Shown: in pieces, positions 20,316 through 30,884 of the stretch
Layout of the letters: each line of letters begins with the position of its first letter
Numbering within the stretch: position 1 is the stretch's first letter
Assembly (NCBI GenBank): GCA_031414775.1
Contig: JANOQI010000016.1
Coordinates: 160,001 to 224,000, forward strand
Source: Synechococcales cyanobacterium VAR_4_metabat_354
Lineage (GTDB): Bacteria; Cyanobacteriota; Cyanobacteriia; Cyanobacteriales; Chamaesiphonaceae
DNA: 64,000 bases
Direction of reading: 5' to 3'
Program-made: the position numbers and the translations under genes
Notes under the pieces: generated by a model
What the model saw: only the letters and a program-made list of their open reading frames with translations
The model's database searches: none
Told to the model about the DNA's origin: nothing

Positions 20316-21743
20316 ATGTCTGAAGAAAACAGCTTTTCGAGTGCCAGACATAACCAAAACTCGCCGCTCACTGGCGAGTTTTTGGCATCTAGAGTCAGTG
20401 AAAATCTGACGGTTCCCAACATTGCGGCTAATTATATTCCTCCCCAAAATATTGGTGTCGAGGAAGCAATTCTGGGTGGAATTTTGCTAGATCCGGAAGC
20501 CTATGGACGGGTGGCCGAGTTATTGGTACCCAAAGCTTTTTATATTCCGGCGCATAGTCACATCTATCAGGCGGCGGTCGAGCTGCATAGCCAAGGTAAG
20601 CCCACCGATCTTTTGAACGTTACCAATTGGCTGATCGACAACCAATTAATGGAAAAAATTGGTGGCCAAAGCAAATTAATTCAACTAGTGGAACGCACCG
20701 TCAGCGCTGTAAATATTGATTCCTTAGCTGTTTTGCTGATGGAAAAGTATGTACGGCGGGAGTTAATTCAAGCTGGTAATGATGTCAGTCAATTGGGCTA
20801 CGACACCGGAAAATCGCTAGAACAGGTGCTAGACCAGTCTGAGCAAAAGGTATTGAACATTACCCAAGTGCGTCCCCAGTCTGGTCTGACGCCGGTCAGC
20901 GAGATTGTGCTAGATACTTGTAAATCGATCGAAGCACGGCATCAAAACTTAGTGCCGCCGGGCTTGACTTGTGATTTTGCTGACTTAGATGCGATGACTG
21001 GGGGTTTTCAGCGATCAGACTTAATTGTAATTGCTGGTCGCCCCTCGATGGGAAAAACCGCCATCAGCCTCAACATTTCCTATAACATGGCGCAAATTCA
21101 CCAGTTGCCAGTCTTGGTTTTTAGTTTAGAAATGTCTAAAGATCAATTAGTTCAACGGATGCTTGCTGGCGAAGCCCGGATTGATAGTAATCGACTACGG
21201 GCTGGTCGGATCAATCAAACGGAGTGGGAGCAGGTCTATGATGCCATGGAAAAAATCGCTACTTTACCGATTTATATTGATGACACTGCGAACATGATGG
21301 TGATGCAGATGCGTAGTCAAGCACGGCGGCTGCAAGCCGAAACTGGTAAGCAGTTGGGTATGATTATGCTGGATTATTTGCAACTGATGGAGGGCAGCAG
21401 TGATAATCGGGTACAGGAAATCTCAAAAATCACGCGGAGTTTAAAGGGGCTAGCGCGGGAGTTAGATGTGCCCATTATTGCGCTGTCGCAGCTGAGCCGG
21501 AGTGTGGAAGCTCGCAATAATAAGCGTCCGATGATGTCGGATTTGAGAGAAAGTGGCAGTATTGAACAGGATGCTGACTTGGTAATTATGTTGTATCGGG
21601 ATGCTTACTATAATCCAGATACACCCGATCGAGATATTACAGAATTAATTGTGACCAAGCATCGGAATGGTCCGACGGGAGTGGTGAAGCTGGTGTTTGA
21701 CCCCGGTTTGACCAAGTTCAAGAACTTAGCCCGACCTATCTAA
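20316..21743 (+). CDS. dnaB: replicative DNA helicase (no intein)
   Basis: PPQN, GRPSMGKT, FSLEMS, DYLQL, LRESGSIEQDAD contiguous. Confidence 0.97.
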   Translation: MSEENSFSSARHNQNSPLTGEFLASRVSENLTVPNIAANYIPPQNIGVEEAILGGILLDPEAYGRVAELLVPKAFYIPAHSHIYQAAVELHSQGKPTDLLNVTNWLIDNQLMEKIGGQSKLIQLVERTVSAVNIDSLAVLLMEKYVRRELIQAGNDVSQLGYDTGKSLEQVLDQSEQKVLNITQVRPQSGLTPVSEIVLDTCKSIEARHQNLVPPGLTCDFADLDAMTGGFQRSDLIVIAGRPSMGKTAISLNISYNMAQIHQLPVLVFSLEMSKDQLVQRMLAGEARIDSNRLRAGRINQTEWEQVYDAMEKIATLPIYIDDTANMMVMQMRSQARRLQAETGKQLGMIMLDYLQLMEGSSDNRVQEISKITRSLKGLARELDVPIIALSQLSRSVEARNNKRPMMSDLRESGSIEQDADLVIMLYRDAYYNPDTPDRDITELIVTKHRNGPTGVVKLVFDPGLTKFKNLARPI

Positions 21744-21792
21744 TGACTAAAAAATAAAATTAATTCTGTAAACCTAAACTCGATTTTTCATT

Positions 21793-23097
21793 TTATCGAC
21801 TGCGCGGCACTGGCCTTGATGGCCGCACCGGAGATGCCCCCCCAGCACTTCTCTGGGGCTTCGCCGACGAAGACCGCGCTGATTGCCCTCGTCCCTGGCC
21901 ACCCTGCCGGGACTGCCGCCCATTCGGAATCGGCTCCGCCTTAATGCGCGGATCTGGCTCAAAACCAGCCACAACTTCTTGCGGCAACGGCTGCTTAATC
22001 AACCTTTCAATATCAGCCAGCAACTTGTGTTCATCAATACAAACTAACGATGAAGCACCGCCATCGGCGCCCGCCCGACCCGTGCGACCAATGCGGTGCA
22101 CATAGTCTTCTGGTACGTTGGGTAACTCAAAGTTCACCACATGGGGCAGATCATTAATATCTAGGCCCCGCGCCGCAATATCGGTGGCTACCAACACTTG
22201 CAAACCGCCATCTTTAAATTCAGCTAAAGCCCGGGTGCGCGCTCCCTGACTCTTATTGCCGTGAATGGCCAAAGCTTTAATCCGATCTTCGGCCAGTTGC
22301 TTAACTAATCGATCGGCACCATGCTTAGTACGGGTAAACACTAACACCTGCGACCATTTGTGGGTATGAATGAGGTGAGAAAGCAACTCTCTTTTTTGCT
22401 CGCGATCGACTGGATAAACTTTCTGCGATACAGTGTCGGCGGTGATATTGCGGCGGGCAATTTCGATCATGGTGGGATTATTCAACAAACCCGCCGCCAG
22501 TTCCTTAATTTCTGAGGAGAAAGTGGCTGAGAATAGCAAATTCTGGCGATGCTTGGGTAGCAGCACCAAAATGCGTCGAATATCGCGGATAAATCCCATA
22601 TCGAGCATTCGATCGGCTTCATCCAGCACCAAGATTTCCACATGAGACAAATCTACTGTCCGCTGCTGGGCGTGATCCAACAATCGGCCCGGTGTTGCTA
22701 CCAAGATATCGATGCGGCTTTTCAACTTTTGGATTTGGGGATTGATATTTACCCCGCCAAAAATTGTCATGGAATTCAGCTTTAAATACTTGCCATACTC
22801 GGTAACACTTTCTTCTACTTGTGCCGCCAATTCGCGGGTAGGGGTTAAAATTAGCGCCCGAATCGGTAAGTTGCGGCTGATTGGACCATCGTTTTTGTTT
22901 TTTTCGGATAGTAAATGCAGAATCGGTAATGTAAAGCTAGCTGTTTTACCAGTACCAGTTTGAGCGCCAGCTAGAATATCACCACCAGCAATCGCCACGG
23001 GGATTGCCTGGAGTTGGATGGGGGTGGGTTCGGTGTATCCCCGCTCATTGACAGCCCGAATGATGGCATCGGATAGACCGAAATTAGAAAAAGACAT
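21793..23097 (-). CDS. DEAD-box RNA helicase (RhlE-like)
   Basis: [29 protein letters not shown], basic Gly/Arg tail. Confidence 0.93.
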   Translation of the reverse strand: MSFSNFGLSDAIIRAVNERGYTEPTPIQLQAIPVAIAGGDILAGAQTGTGKTASFTLPILHLLSEKNKNDGPISRNLPIRALILTPTRELAAQVEESVTEYGKYLKLNSMTIFGGVNINPQIQKLKSRIDILVATPGRLLDHAQQRTVDLSHVEILVLDEADRMLDMGFIRDIRRILVLLPKHRQNLLFSATFSSEIKELAAGLLNNPTMIEIARRNITADTVSQKVYPVDREQKRELLSHLIHTHKWSQVLVFTRTKHGADRLVKQLAEDRIKALAIHGNKSQGARTRALAEFKDGGLQVLVATDIAARGLDINDLPHVVNFELPNVPEDYVHRIGRTGRAGADGGASSLVCIDEHKLLADIERLIKQPLPQEVVAGFEPDPRIKAEPIPNGRQSRQGGQGRGQSARSSSAKPQRSAGGASPVRPSRPVPRSR

Positions 23098-23117
23098 GTT
23101 TAGTTTGCAGTGAGCGG

Positions 23118-24236
23118 TTATTTTTTACCAAATCCTTTGCCGACGTTGGCTTTGGTCAGAGACAAACAGTCATTTAACTGCTTTTTGAGCTGGTCATGGT
23201 CTAAGTTTTGACCAATCAGCACCAGCTTAGTAGAGGGTAAATCTGTCCATTCCCGATCATCGATCGAGAAACGCTTGCCGCAAAGATGAAAAATATGGCA
23301 ATTAGGGCTTTCATCAAACCATAGCAGACCCTTGGCGCGGAAAATGCCTTCATCCAGATGATTATCTAGAAAATATTGAAATTTCTTAATCGAGAAAGGC
23401 TGATCGCTCTGAAAAGACAGAGAAGTAAAACCATCTTGAGCCAGGTGATCAGAATGATGATGGTGATGCCCGTGGTCATGATCATCGTGTTCACAATGGT
23501 CGTGAGCATGATCGCAGTTGCTGTGATCTTCATGATCATGATGATCGTGGCCGTGATCTGCTGATCCTTCTACAAACTTATCAGACTCAAACAAGCCCAC
23601 GCTTAAAATCAGTGGCAAAGATACTTCGGAGTTTTTAGTGCGCAGGATTCTAGCGCCGGTCTTGAGATCTCTAATCCGCACTTCTAACAGATCAACATCG
23701 GCTTCATCAACCAAGTCGGTTTTGTTCAGCAACAAAATATCACCATAAGTGATTTGGTTCAGCGCTGCTTCGCTGTTAAACAAGTCCAGGCTAAAGTTGG
23801 CGGAATCTACCAGGGTGATGATTGAATCCAGGCGGGTCATGTCCCGCAACTCGGTACCCAAAAAGGTCAAAGCCAAGGGCACTGGATCGGCTAAGCCGGT
23901 GGTTTCTACTACTAGGTAATCGATCGGATCAGGCCGATTCAATATTTTGTAGACTTCCTTGACCAAATCATCATTGATCGTGCAACAGACACAGCCATTG
24001 CTCAGCTCTACCATGTTGTTATCAGCACTAGTCGCGATGATCAGATCATTATCGATCCCAATTTCTCCAAATTCATTGACCAAGACTGCGGTCTTCAAAC
24101 CCTGCTGATTGGTTAAAATATGATTTAGGAGAGTCGTTTTGCCACTGCCCAAAAAACCGGTAATAATTGTGACCGGCAAAATTGGTCGAGTAGTTTCATC
24201 GGTAGGTGACTGGGCAGAAATAGTAGCAGAAGTCAT
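23118..24236 (-). CDS. COG0523/CobW-family metal-chaperone GTPase
   Basis: [22 protein letters not shown], His-rich insert, CobW_C-like tail. Confidence 0.92.
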   Translation of the reverse strand: MTSATISAQSPTDETTRPILPVTIITGFLGSGKTTLLNHILTNQQGLKTAVLVNEFGEIGIDNDLIIATSADNNMVELSNGCVCCTINDDLVKEVYKILNRPDPIDYLVVETTGLADPVPLALTFLGTELRDMTRLDSIITLVDSANFSLDLFNSEAALNQITYGDILLLNKTDLVDEADVDLLEVRIRDLKTGARILRTKNSEVSLPLILSVGLFESDKFVEGSADHGHDHHDHEDHSNCDHAHDHCEHDDHDHGHHHHHSDHLAQDGFTSLSFQSDQPFSIKKFQYFLDNHLDEGIFRAKGLLWFDESPNCHIFHLCGKRFSIDDREWTDLPSTKLVLIGQNLDHDQLKKQLNDCLSLTKANVGKGFGKK

Positions 24237-24316
24237 AGGGCGTGATGAAGAGAAGAGTTGATATGATTAAGCCTAAGCGACATCATGCTAACAAGTTTAA
24301 CAAACCCCCGTTTTTT

Positions 24317-26230
24317 ATGAGCATTAGTATCTATAACACCCTGACAGCTAAAAAGGAGCCATTTAAATCGCTGTTACCCAAACAAGTGAGCATGTATTGC
24401 TGCGGTGTCACGGTTTACGATTTGTGCCATTTAGGTCATGCCCGGGCTGCGGTCATTTGGGACACTGTGCGCCGCTATTTGGAATGGCGCGGGTATGAAG
24501 TGAACTATGTCCAGAATTTTACAGATATTGATGACAAAATTCTCAACCGGGCGCAGGCCGAAGGCTTGACGATGGCCGAAGTATCAGCCAAATATATTGA
24601 AGCTTACTTTACTGATTTAGCCCGGCTCAATGTGCGTAATGCCAGCAATTATCCCCGCGCCACCGAGCATATTCCCCAAATTATTGAGCTAGTGACCGAG
24701 CTAGAGAAAAAAGGTTTGGCCTATGCGGTGGCTGGCGATGTCTATTTTCGGGTACGCCAGTTTGCCGGCTATGGAAAACTCTCTGGTCGAAAACTAGATG
24801 ATATGCAAGCTGGTGCTGGTGGCCGGGTGGCTGTCGCCACGGCGGAAAACACCATCAAAGAAGATCCTAGTGATTTTGCCCTGTGGAAAAGTGCCAAACC
24901 GGGCGAACCGGCCTGGGATTCACCTTGGGGTAAAGGCCGCCCGGGTTGGCATATTGAATGCTCGGCTATGATTCGATCGACTCTAGGGCAAACGATCGAT
25001 ATCCACTGCGGCGGTAATGATCTGATTTTTCCCCACCATGAAAATGAGATTGCCCAATCTGAAGGTGCTAATCAGCATCCCCTCTCACGCTATTGGATGC
25101 ACAACGGCATGGTGAATGTGGATGGGGAAAAGATGTCTAAATCCTTGGGCAACTTCACCACCATTCGCGATTTACTGGACAGACCCGTAGATCCAATGAT
25201 CATTCGATTATTTATTTTGACCGCTCAATATCGCAAACCAATGGATTTCACGGCAGAGGCATTAGCTAGCAACGAACGCAGCTGGCAAACCCTCAAAGAT
25301 GGCTTGCTATTTGGTCAGCGATTTGCCGATAAATTGGGCTGGGATTTGCACAAACCACCGATCTTTGCACCCATACCAATAAACACCAGCACTAAGGTTG
25401 CCGCGCAGCCCACCGCAGTCAACATTCCGTTGCCAGAGGAAATTGGCCCCGTGGTAGAAACTTTTCAAGCGTTGCCGAATGCTGTGCGACAATTCACCCA
25501 AGAATATCGAGGCTTAGTAATACTGACGATCGCTCTATTCTTTACCCAGTTTCCGGTGCGGTTCTTTTCGCGATTTTTAGGTACCTTTAATACAATACCG
25601 ATCTTGCCAAATTTACTAGAATTTGTCGGTATTGCAGTGGTAGCAAGAACTATTTTGTTTAAAAAACCTCGCGAAAATTTCTTTGCTAGCCTCCGGAAGG
25701 TTCTTAGCTATTTATTTAAAGATCGATCGCCAGTTAAAAAAGTGCAAGAAGTGACAGCCGCTGATGATATTTCTAATCCAGATGTTTCTAATGCACAGAC
25801 CCCGGCGTTCACTGAACAGCCTGCCACCATCAACCCATCTTTCCAACAATTTTGCGATGTGGTCGATGAAGATTTCAACTTTGCTGGCGGCTTGGCGGTG
25901 TTATTTGAGCTGGCCAAAGATTTAGGCAAGGCCGGAAATGTCTTAACCCACGGCGGCCAAATTGCTGATTCTGCCATGCTAGAACAGCAGTGGTATAGCT
26001 TGCAGCAGTTGGCCTCAATCTTGGGTTTAGAAGCCCAACTGACCGATGAACCAGTTCCGGCCAATGACGGTTTGGATGACCTGTCGATCGAACAACTAAT
26101 TGCTGAACGTAAAGCTGCCCGAGATTCTCAAAACTTCCAAAAAGGCGACCAAATCCGCAATGATCTAAAAGCCCAAGGCATTGTGTTGGTTGATCGCAAA
26201 GGCGAGCCGACTACTTGGTATCGCAGCTAA
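24317..26230 (+). CDS. cysS: cysteine--tRNA ligase with internal CAAD-like insertion
   Basis: CGVTVYD, HLGH, GRPGWHIECS, KMSKS; about 160-aa insertion before FCDVVDEDFN; ATG 24317. Confidence 0.95.
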   Translation: MSISIYNTLTAKKEPFKSLLPKQVSMYCCGVTVYDLCHLGHARAAVIWDTVRRYLEWRGYEVNYVQNFTDIDDKILNRAQAEGLTMAEVSAKYIEAYFTDLARLNVRNASNYPRATEHIPQIIELVTELEKKGLAYAVAGDVYFRVRQFAGYGKLSGRKLDDMQAGAGGRVAVATAENTIKEDPSDFALWKSAKPGEPAWDSPWGKGRPGWHIECSAMIRSTLGQTIDIHCGGNDLIFPHHENEIAQSEGANQHPLSRYWMHNGMVNVDGEKMSKSLGNFTTIRDLLDRPVDPMIIRLFILTAQYRKPMDFTAEALASNERSWQTLKDGLLFGQRFADKLGWDLHKPPIFAPIPINTSTKVAAQPTAVNIPLPEEIGPVVETFQALPNAVRQFTQEYRGLVILTIALFFTQFPVRFFSRFLGTFNTIPILPNLLEFVGIAVVARTILFKKPRENFFASLRKVLSYLFKDRSPVKKVQEVTAADDISNPDVSNAQTPAFTEQPATINPSFQQFCDVVDEDFNFAGGLAVLFELAKDLGKAGNVLTHGGQIADSAMLEQQWYSLQQLASILGLEAQLTDEPVPANDGLDDLSIEQLIAERKAARDSQNFQKGDQIRNDLKAQGIVLVDRKGEPTTWYRS

Positions 26231-26241
26231 ACGCACAAACC

Positions 26242-26283
26242 AAACAAAAGCCCGACTTCTTAAAAGAAGTCGGGCTTTTGTTT
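26242..26283. terminator. bidirectional terminator between cysS and tRNA-Ser
   Basis: aaacaaaagcccgacttct-taaa-agaagtcgggcttttgttt. Confidence 0.85.
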
Positions 26284-26288
26284 CAAAA

Positions 26289-26373
26289 CGGAGAGGGAGA
26301 GATTCGAACTCTCGGAAGCTTTCACTTCATCCGATTTCAAGTCGGACGCGATCGACCACTCTGCCACCTCTCC
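26289..26373 (-). tRNA. trnS: tRNA-Ser(TGA)
   Basis: Reverse complement GGAGAGGTGGCAGAGTGG...TCCGA-CTTGAAA-TCGGA, long variable arm, GTTCGAATC, CCTCTCCG. Confidence 0.96.
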
Positions 26374-26383
26374 AGCAGGTTTT

Positions 26384-27304
26384 TTATTGTATCACAGGAC
26401 TCAGTGCTGTTAAATAGTTCTCCGAACGCTGAATTTCGCCCTGTCGATCAATCCAAATCAAACTGGCTTCAATCACTTGGCCATCTTGCAAAGTGACAAT
26501 CGAGAAGTTATGCAGAATTGGTGGATAGTTAACAACCCGTGGACAGCGCGCCGCATTGAGATATAGAGTTTGACCAATTTGGCGAGCAGGCACCCGTAGT
26601 CGGTCGGTCGTATGACGGAGCTGATGGTGCATATGCCCAAAAGCCACCAAGGGAATTGATTTGCCTTGAGATTGCAGTCGATCGATCGCCGCTGCCAAAT
26701 CCGGGTCCCCAAAGTCGCCACCCAGCGGTGCCCAATCTCTACCACAGATATCTTCTGGTTGATCGCCCAAGCCAGTCGGCCCATTGTGTCCAATAAAAAT
26801 TAATTGCTGTGCGCTGGCACTCTCGGCGGCGGCCACAATTTTGGCGGTAGATTCCGCAAAACTGTTAATCTCAAACCTGCTCCGATAAAACTCTTGATTG
26901 CGCCACTGATCACCACCCCAGCTAAACGGACGACCACCCACCACCGCCAGATTCAGCTGCGGAAAACTGCGCTGACCATAGCCCACGTAGCTATCCCCCA
27001 ATATCTCAATTTGGGCTTGCACCCAATCCTCTTGAGATCGATCGTAAGGACATTGGCTCTTTCCCCAGCTGGTCGCACTAAACCAAGCATCATGATTACC
27101 CAAGATTACTGCTTTGGGTAATTCTAATTCGGAAACAATTTTAGCGATCGATACGTCTTCATTGCCAAAATCACCAACAAATAGCACTAAATCTACTGCT
27201 AACCTTTGCAATAACTGATTGTCAGTCAAACTCCATTGACTGTGCACATCGCCAATAATTGCAATTCGGCAGCTACTGGACGCAATGCTTGCAATATAAT
27301 TCAT
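26384..27304 (-). CDS. metallophosphoesterase (TIGR04168-like)
   Basis: GDVH, GDFGNE, GNHD, GHNGP, GHMH; start uncertain. Confidence 0.85.
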   Translation of the reverse strand: MNYIASIASSSCRIAIIGDVHSQWSLTDNQLLQRLAVDLVLFVGDFGNEDVSIAKIVSELELPKAVILGNHDAWFSATSWGKSQCPYDRSQEDWVQAQIEILGDSYVGYGQRSFPQLNLAVVGGRPFSWGGDQWRNQEFYRSRFEINSFAESTAKIVAAAESASAQQLIFIGHNGPTGLGDQPEDICGRDWAPLGGDFGDPDLAAAIDRLQSQGKSIPLVAFGHMHHQLRHTTDRLRVPARQIGQTLYLNAARCPRVVNYPPILHNFSIVTLQDGQVIEASLIWIDRQGEIQRSENYLTALSPVIQ

Positions 27305-27869
27305 AAAACTTGCAGTTAAATACTGGTCAAAAACATTTTGATAAGCGCTATTTCCTGGGTATACCAGTGACAATTTGCCTGAATCTAATACGTCAAATTG
27401 CTGGCTGAATCAAGTGCCAATAATACATATTACTAATATTTTTAAATAGTAATAATTTTGGCCAAATCAATTCCGTGATATTAGTGTTTTCCATCCATTG
27501 TGTTGACCTTCCCTGCCCTTTCCGGGTTATGCCCTGAAAGACCCCGCTGAAAATTATCCTTTAGACACATGTTGATTCTGAACTTTTTAAGTAAAAGCAA
27601 TAAAGGGGTTTGCAAGTGATACATTCTAATTAAGAGTACCTGTCGCCGCACAATTAAATACTGATAAAATGATTAACATGTTGATTTAATCTATGAATTG
27701 ACAATATAATTGCCTCGGAAAGTTTACTTGCATTAAGACTTTGCACTAGTATAAAAGTATCTTATGCGATGCTTCAATTATGTCAAGCAATCACTATGCT
27801 ACATAGTTTAGACTTAATCTTTATGAAGTTTAGAGTAAACCAGTTTTGTTTAATAGGGAGTATTGAAGT

Positions 27870-28700
27870 ATGAAACATTTTTTGTTGACAATGAGCCTTT
27901 CTTGCTTTTTACCAGCAATGGTAGGAATGCCCAGTCAGGCCAGTAACCTAAATAGTCTAGATAACTTGGATGCTAGTTCGAGCCAAGCTAAATTAGTTGC
28001 TCAAGCTGTAGAAACTCCCGGTTCGCCTAGTACACCAGGCTCTACCGTAGATCCTTCGGTAGCTCCCGCAGACGATAAGTCAGCACCAGAAAAAGATAAA
28101 AAAGATAAAGCACCAAGTTCTACCACAGACCCTACGGTAGACCCAGCGGGTGACAAGGCCACCCCAGATAAAGATAAAGTAGCGCCTATTGCACCAGACG
28201 CCACCACACCTACAACACCCCTAGCTCCACCATCTGGTTCTTCCGATGCGCCAGCGGGTGATAAAGCTTCTCCTGATAAAGATAAAGTAGCACCAGGTAT
28301 CACCCCTGTGACACCTCTAGCTCCAGCTCCAGGTACCCCTGATGCGCCAGCGGGGGATAAAGCCACTCCTGATAAAGCACCAGGTTCCCCAGAGATGGTA
28401 CCTCCGGGAGCACCAGGAATTGCTCCTGCCGATGCGCCACCTCCTCCAGGATCAGTAGATCCTTCTATGTCTCCCGCGCCTGGTTCGGCACCGGCTCCTG
28501 TTAAGCCTGCCGGTGATGGTGTTCGTCGTTTTATGCGGAGCAGCGCCGAAGGCACTGGCACTCCTAATGCAGCAGCACAAGCTGAATTAGAGAAAGTTAA
28601 GGCTGAATCAGCTGCTTTCTTGGAATCTGTCAAAAACCCTAATGCTAGTCAGCTAGATCAGTCTTCTGGTGGTGCCTCTTACCCTAGCCCCACTTGGTAG
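27870..28700 (+). CDS. secreted Pro/Asp/Lys-rich low-complexity protein
   Basis: RBS gggag, signal peptide ending PSQA, repeats PAGDKA(T/S)PDK. Confidence 0.75.
   Translation: MKHFLLTMSLSCFLPAMVGMPSQASNLNSLDNLDASSSQAKLVAQAVETPGSPSTPGSTVDPSVAPADDKSAPEKDKKDKAPSSTTDPTVDPAGDKATPDKDKVAPIAPDATTPTTPLAPPSGSSDAPAGDKASPDKDKVAPGITPVTPLAPAPGTPDAPAGDKATPDKAPGSPEMVPPGAPGIAPADAPPPPGSVDPSMSPAPGSAPAPVKPAGDGVRRFMRSSAEGTGTPNAAAQAELEKVKAESAAFLESVKNPNASQLDQSSGGASYPSPTW
28143..28382 (+). repeat. intragenic repeats encoding PAGDKAxPDK(DKV)AP
   Basis: Copies begin at 28143, 28251 and 28347. Confidence 0.8.
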
Positions 28701-28776
28701 AAAATACCAAACTGATTGATGCATAACAGCTTGCTCAACTTAATCGATTGTCAATACCAAACTAACAGCGAACATT

Positions 28777-30144
28777 ATGGCGAATAAATTTAAAACTACT
28801 ACTACCATTGGCCTGGGACTAGCCAGTCTGGCTCTCACTGGCCTAACGGCTCAGACAGCTAAAGCTGATGAATTTGGCAACAATGTTGTCCAATTTGATA
28901 CCGAAACTGCCGTTGAATTTGAAGTAATCGAATCCCATGGCGCTTACAAGTCGATCTTTGGCGTTATGGATCTCAACACTGGAGCTAAAACACTCCTAAT
29001 TAAAGAAGAAAAGGCAGCAGACAGCGATGATCGAGATGTGAACAAGGCTAGTGACTTTCTGGGTACTCCTGGAAATACGCTCAACCCACCCAAGAACGTC
29101 TTTAAATTTCAGGCCAACACGCCTTACACCTTTTTTCTAGAGTCCCGAAATGGTAGTGGTCGGGTGGTTTCGACAGTCTATTCCACTAGTTCTAAGAACA
29201 CTAAGAGCAGCGTGCAGGCGCAGTTCGACAAAGATTTTTCGGGTCTTTCTAACCAAGGCGTGAAAATTAGTTGGGATGATTCGGTCAAAAAGGGCGGTGC
29301 TGGAACTGACTATAACGACTTTGTGGTGATTGCCGGTGGTGTTGGCAATAGCGCTGCTGCTCAGCCAGTTGATCCTGCTACTCAAGAAGTTGAGGGTCAG
29401 TTGGGTAGCCTAGGTTCTAAGGAATTTCCTTCTAACATTCCAGTAGCTGGTTCCAGTATCTCCCCTGGTTTGAGCATCAACAACCCGATCGGTTTTGGCG
29501 CTGATGGCAACATTGGCTTCATCTCTGGTAGCTTTCAATCTAGATCACGTTTTACTGAACAATCAGACGGTGAACTTGGTATCGGCGTGGGCTTAGGTAA
29601 CGCGATCGATTCAGTGGGCTTAGAAGTTGCCTATACCTTAAACAGTTTTGGTAGTAGCCAGTCTTTTGGTAATGGTGGTTTTAGTGCCAAGCTGCACAAG
29701 CGGATTGCTGATGATACAGCGATTGCGATCGGCTGGAACCAATTCGCTAATATTGGTTTTACTGATGTTCCTCGGAACTCCTACTACGCAGTAGGCACCC
29801 AGATTCTACGTACTACCGATAACATCGATAGTTTCTTGAGTCGGATTGCTCTATCCGTTGGGGTGGGCGGTGGCCAATTCCTTTCCCAAGAAACTCTTAC
29901 TAATACCCCTCCCGGCGAGAGTCCTAGCGGCGTGAATGTGTTTGGTTCTGCGGCTTTCCGCCTTGCCAAACCAGTGAGCGCAATTGTAGAATGGACCGGA
30001 CAAGACTTGGCTGCTGGCCTATCGATCGCTCCTTTTGGCGATAGCTTCCCATTGGTAATTACACCAGCCTTCCGTGATATTACTGGTGTTACTGGTGAAA
30101 GTGCTAGATTTGTATTGGGTGTCGGTACTTCTTTCAGATTTTAA
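28777..30144 (+). CDS. secreted two-domain protein: beta-rich N-domain plus putative outer-membrane beta-barrel
   Basis: Signal peptide ending AKA; N-domain ends WDD..DYNDFVV (DUF4114-like); C-terminal amphipathic strands ending FVLGVGTSFRF. Confidence 0.7.
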   Translation: MANKFKTTTTIGLGLASLALTGLTAQTAKADEFGNNVVQFDTETAVEFEVIESHGAYKSIFGVMDLNTGAKTLLIKEEKAADSDDRDVNKASDFLGTPGNTLNPPKNVFKFQANTPYTFFLESRNGSGRVVSTVYSTSSKNTKSSVQAQFDKDFSGLSNQGVKISWDDSVKKGGAGTDYNDFVVIAGGVGNSAAAQPVDPATQEVEGQLGSLGSKEFPSNIPVAGSSISPGLSINNPIGFGADGNIGFISGSFQSRSRFTEQSDGELGIGVGLGNAIDSVGLEVAYTLNSFGSSQSFGNGGFSAKLHKRIADDTAIAIGWNQFANIGFTDVPRNSYYAVGTQILRTTDNIDSFLSRIALSVGVGGGQFLSQETLTNTPPGESPSGVNVFGSAAFRLAKPVSAIVEWTGQDLAAGLSIAPFGDSFPLVITPAFRDITGVTGESARFVLGVGTSFRF

Positions 30145-30173
30145 GCATACATATTTTATTTAGGAGAAATCAA

Positions 30174-30653
30174 ATGAAAAAAATTCTTGCCAGTATAGCC
30201 TCAGTGACAGCTGTTTGTTTAGCAGCAGCCCCCTCCCTTGCTACTCCGCACAATCCTTCTTCAGCACCAGCAACTGTTTCCGTTTCTGGAGGGACACACA
30301 GTACTGGCAGTGCGCCCGCCCCAATGGCTCCATCACCTTCAATGGGAGGTTCTGCTCCTAGTGGTGTCGGTCCTGGTGCCAATGGTAGTAACTTTGGCGG
30401 CACCGGAAACACCGGCTCGGTCGCACCTCGTGTTAATGGTGGTACTGCTAGTAGTAATCCTAGCGCTGGTTCTGGTGGAACTGCTAGATTCAGTCCAGGT
30501 GTACTAGCTCAAGCGCAGTCCTTGCAGCAAAGATTGTCAGCTGCTAGAGCGGCTGTTGAGCAAGGTGGCCCGGAAGCTTCCATCGAAACTATTCCTGTTG
30601 CTGGAGAGCCAACTGTACCACCTAACACCAAGATAATTCGTGGTCGCGGTTAG
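30174..30653 (+). CDS. secreted Gly/Ser/Pro-rich protein
   Basis: RBS aggag, signal peptide ending PSLA, LAQAQSLQQR helix. Confidence 0.75.
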   Translation: MKKILASIASVTAVCLAAAPSLATPHNPSSAPATVSVSGGTHSTGSAPAPMAPSPSMGGSAPSGVGPGANGSNFGGTGNTGSVAPRVNGGTASSNPSAGSGGTARFSPGVLAQAQSLQQRLSAARAAVEQGGPEASIETIPVAGEPTVPPNTKIIRGRG

Positions 30654-30749
30654 TAATTCAACTACACTATATTGAGGTTTTCTAGTATTTTAGTTAAGAA
30701 AGCTAAACCTTAAGAAGTTAGTTAAACATCATCTAATTGTTAAGGTAAG

Positions 30750-30780
30750 TGAAGCAGGGACGAATCCCTGCTTCATTTTT
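30750..30780 (+). terminator. rho-independent terminator
   Basis: tgaagcaggga-cgaa-tccctgcttca-ttttt. Confidence 0.85.
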
Positions 30781-30884
30781 GTTTATCAATCACCTAGACT
30801 AACTAATACCAGATGGAATAAAATCATCATCATTGTCAGAAAGTGTGTAGCGTTGTTCTGACATACCTAATTTAGGGGAAATCA

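Noticed and set aside
21540..21580. Intein in DnaB, common in cyanobacteria
   Set aside because: LRESG-SIEQDAD is contiguous and the protein is of normal length
23450..23560. His-rich tract as a novel repeat element
   Set aside because: Normal feature of COG0523 proteins
24237..24316. Zur box upstream of the COG0523 GTPase
   Set aside because: No convincing TGATAATnATTATCA-like palindrome; the best match ttgatatgattaagc is too weak
28060..28400. CRISPR-like spaced repeats
   Set aside because: Repeats are in-frame, vary at synonymous sites, encode peptide repeats, and no cas genes are present
28001..28633. 210-aa Gly/Ala-rich ORF on the minus strand
   Set aside because: Antisense shadow of the Pro-rich gene, which has the RBS and signal peptide
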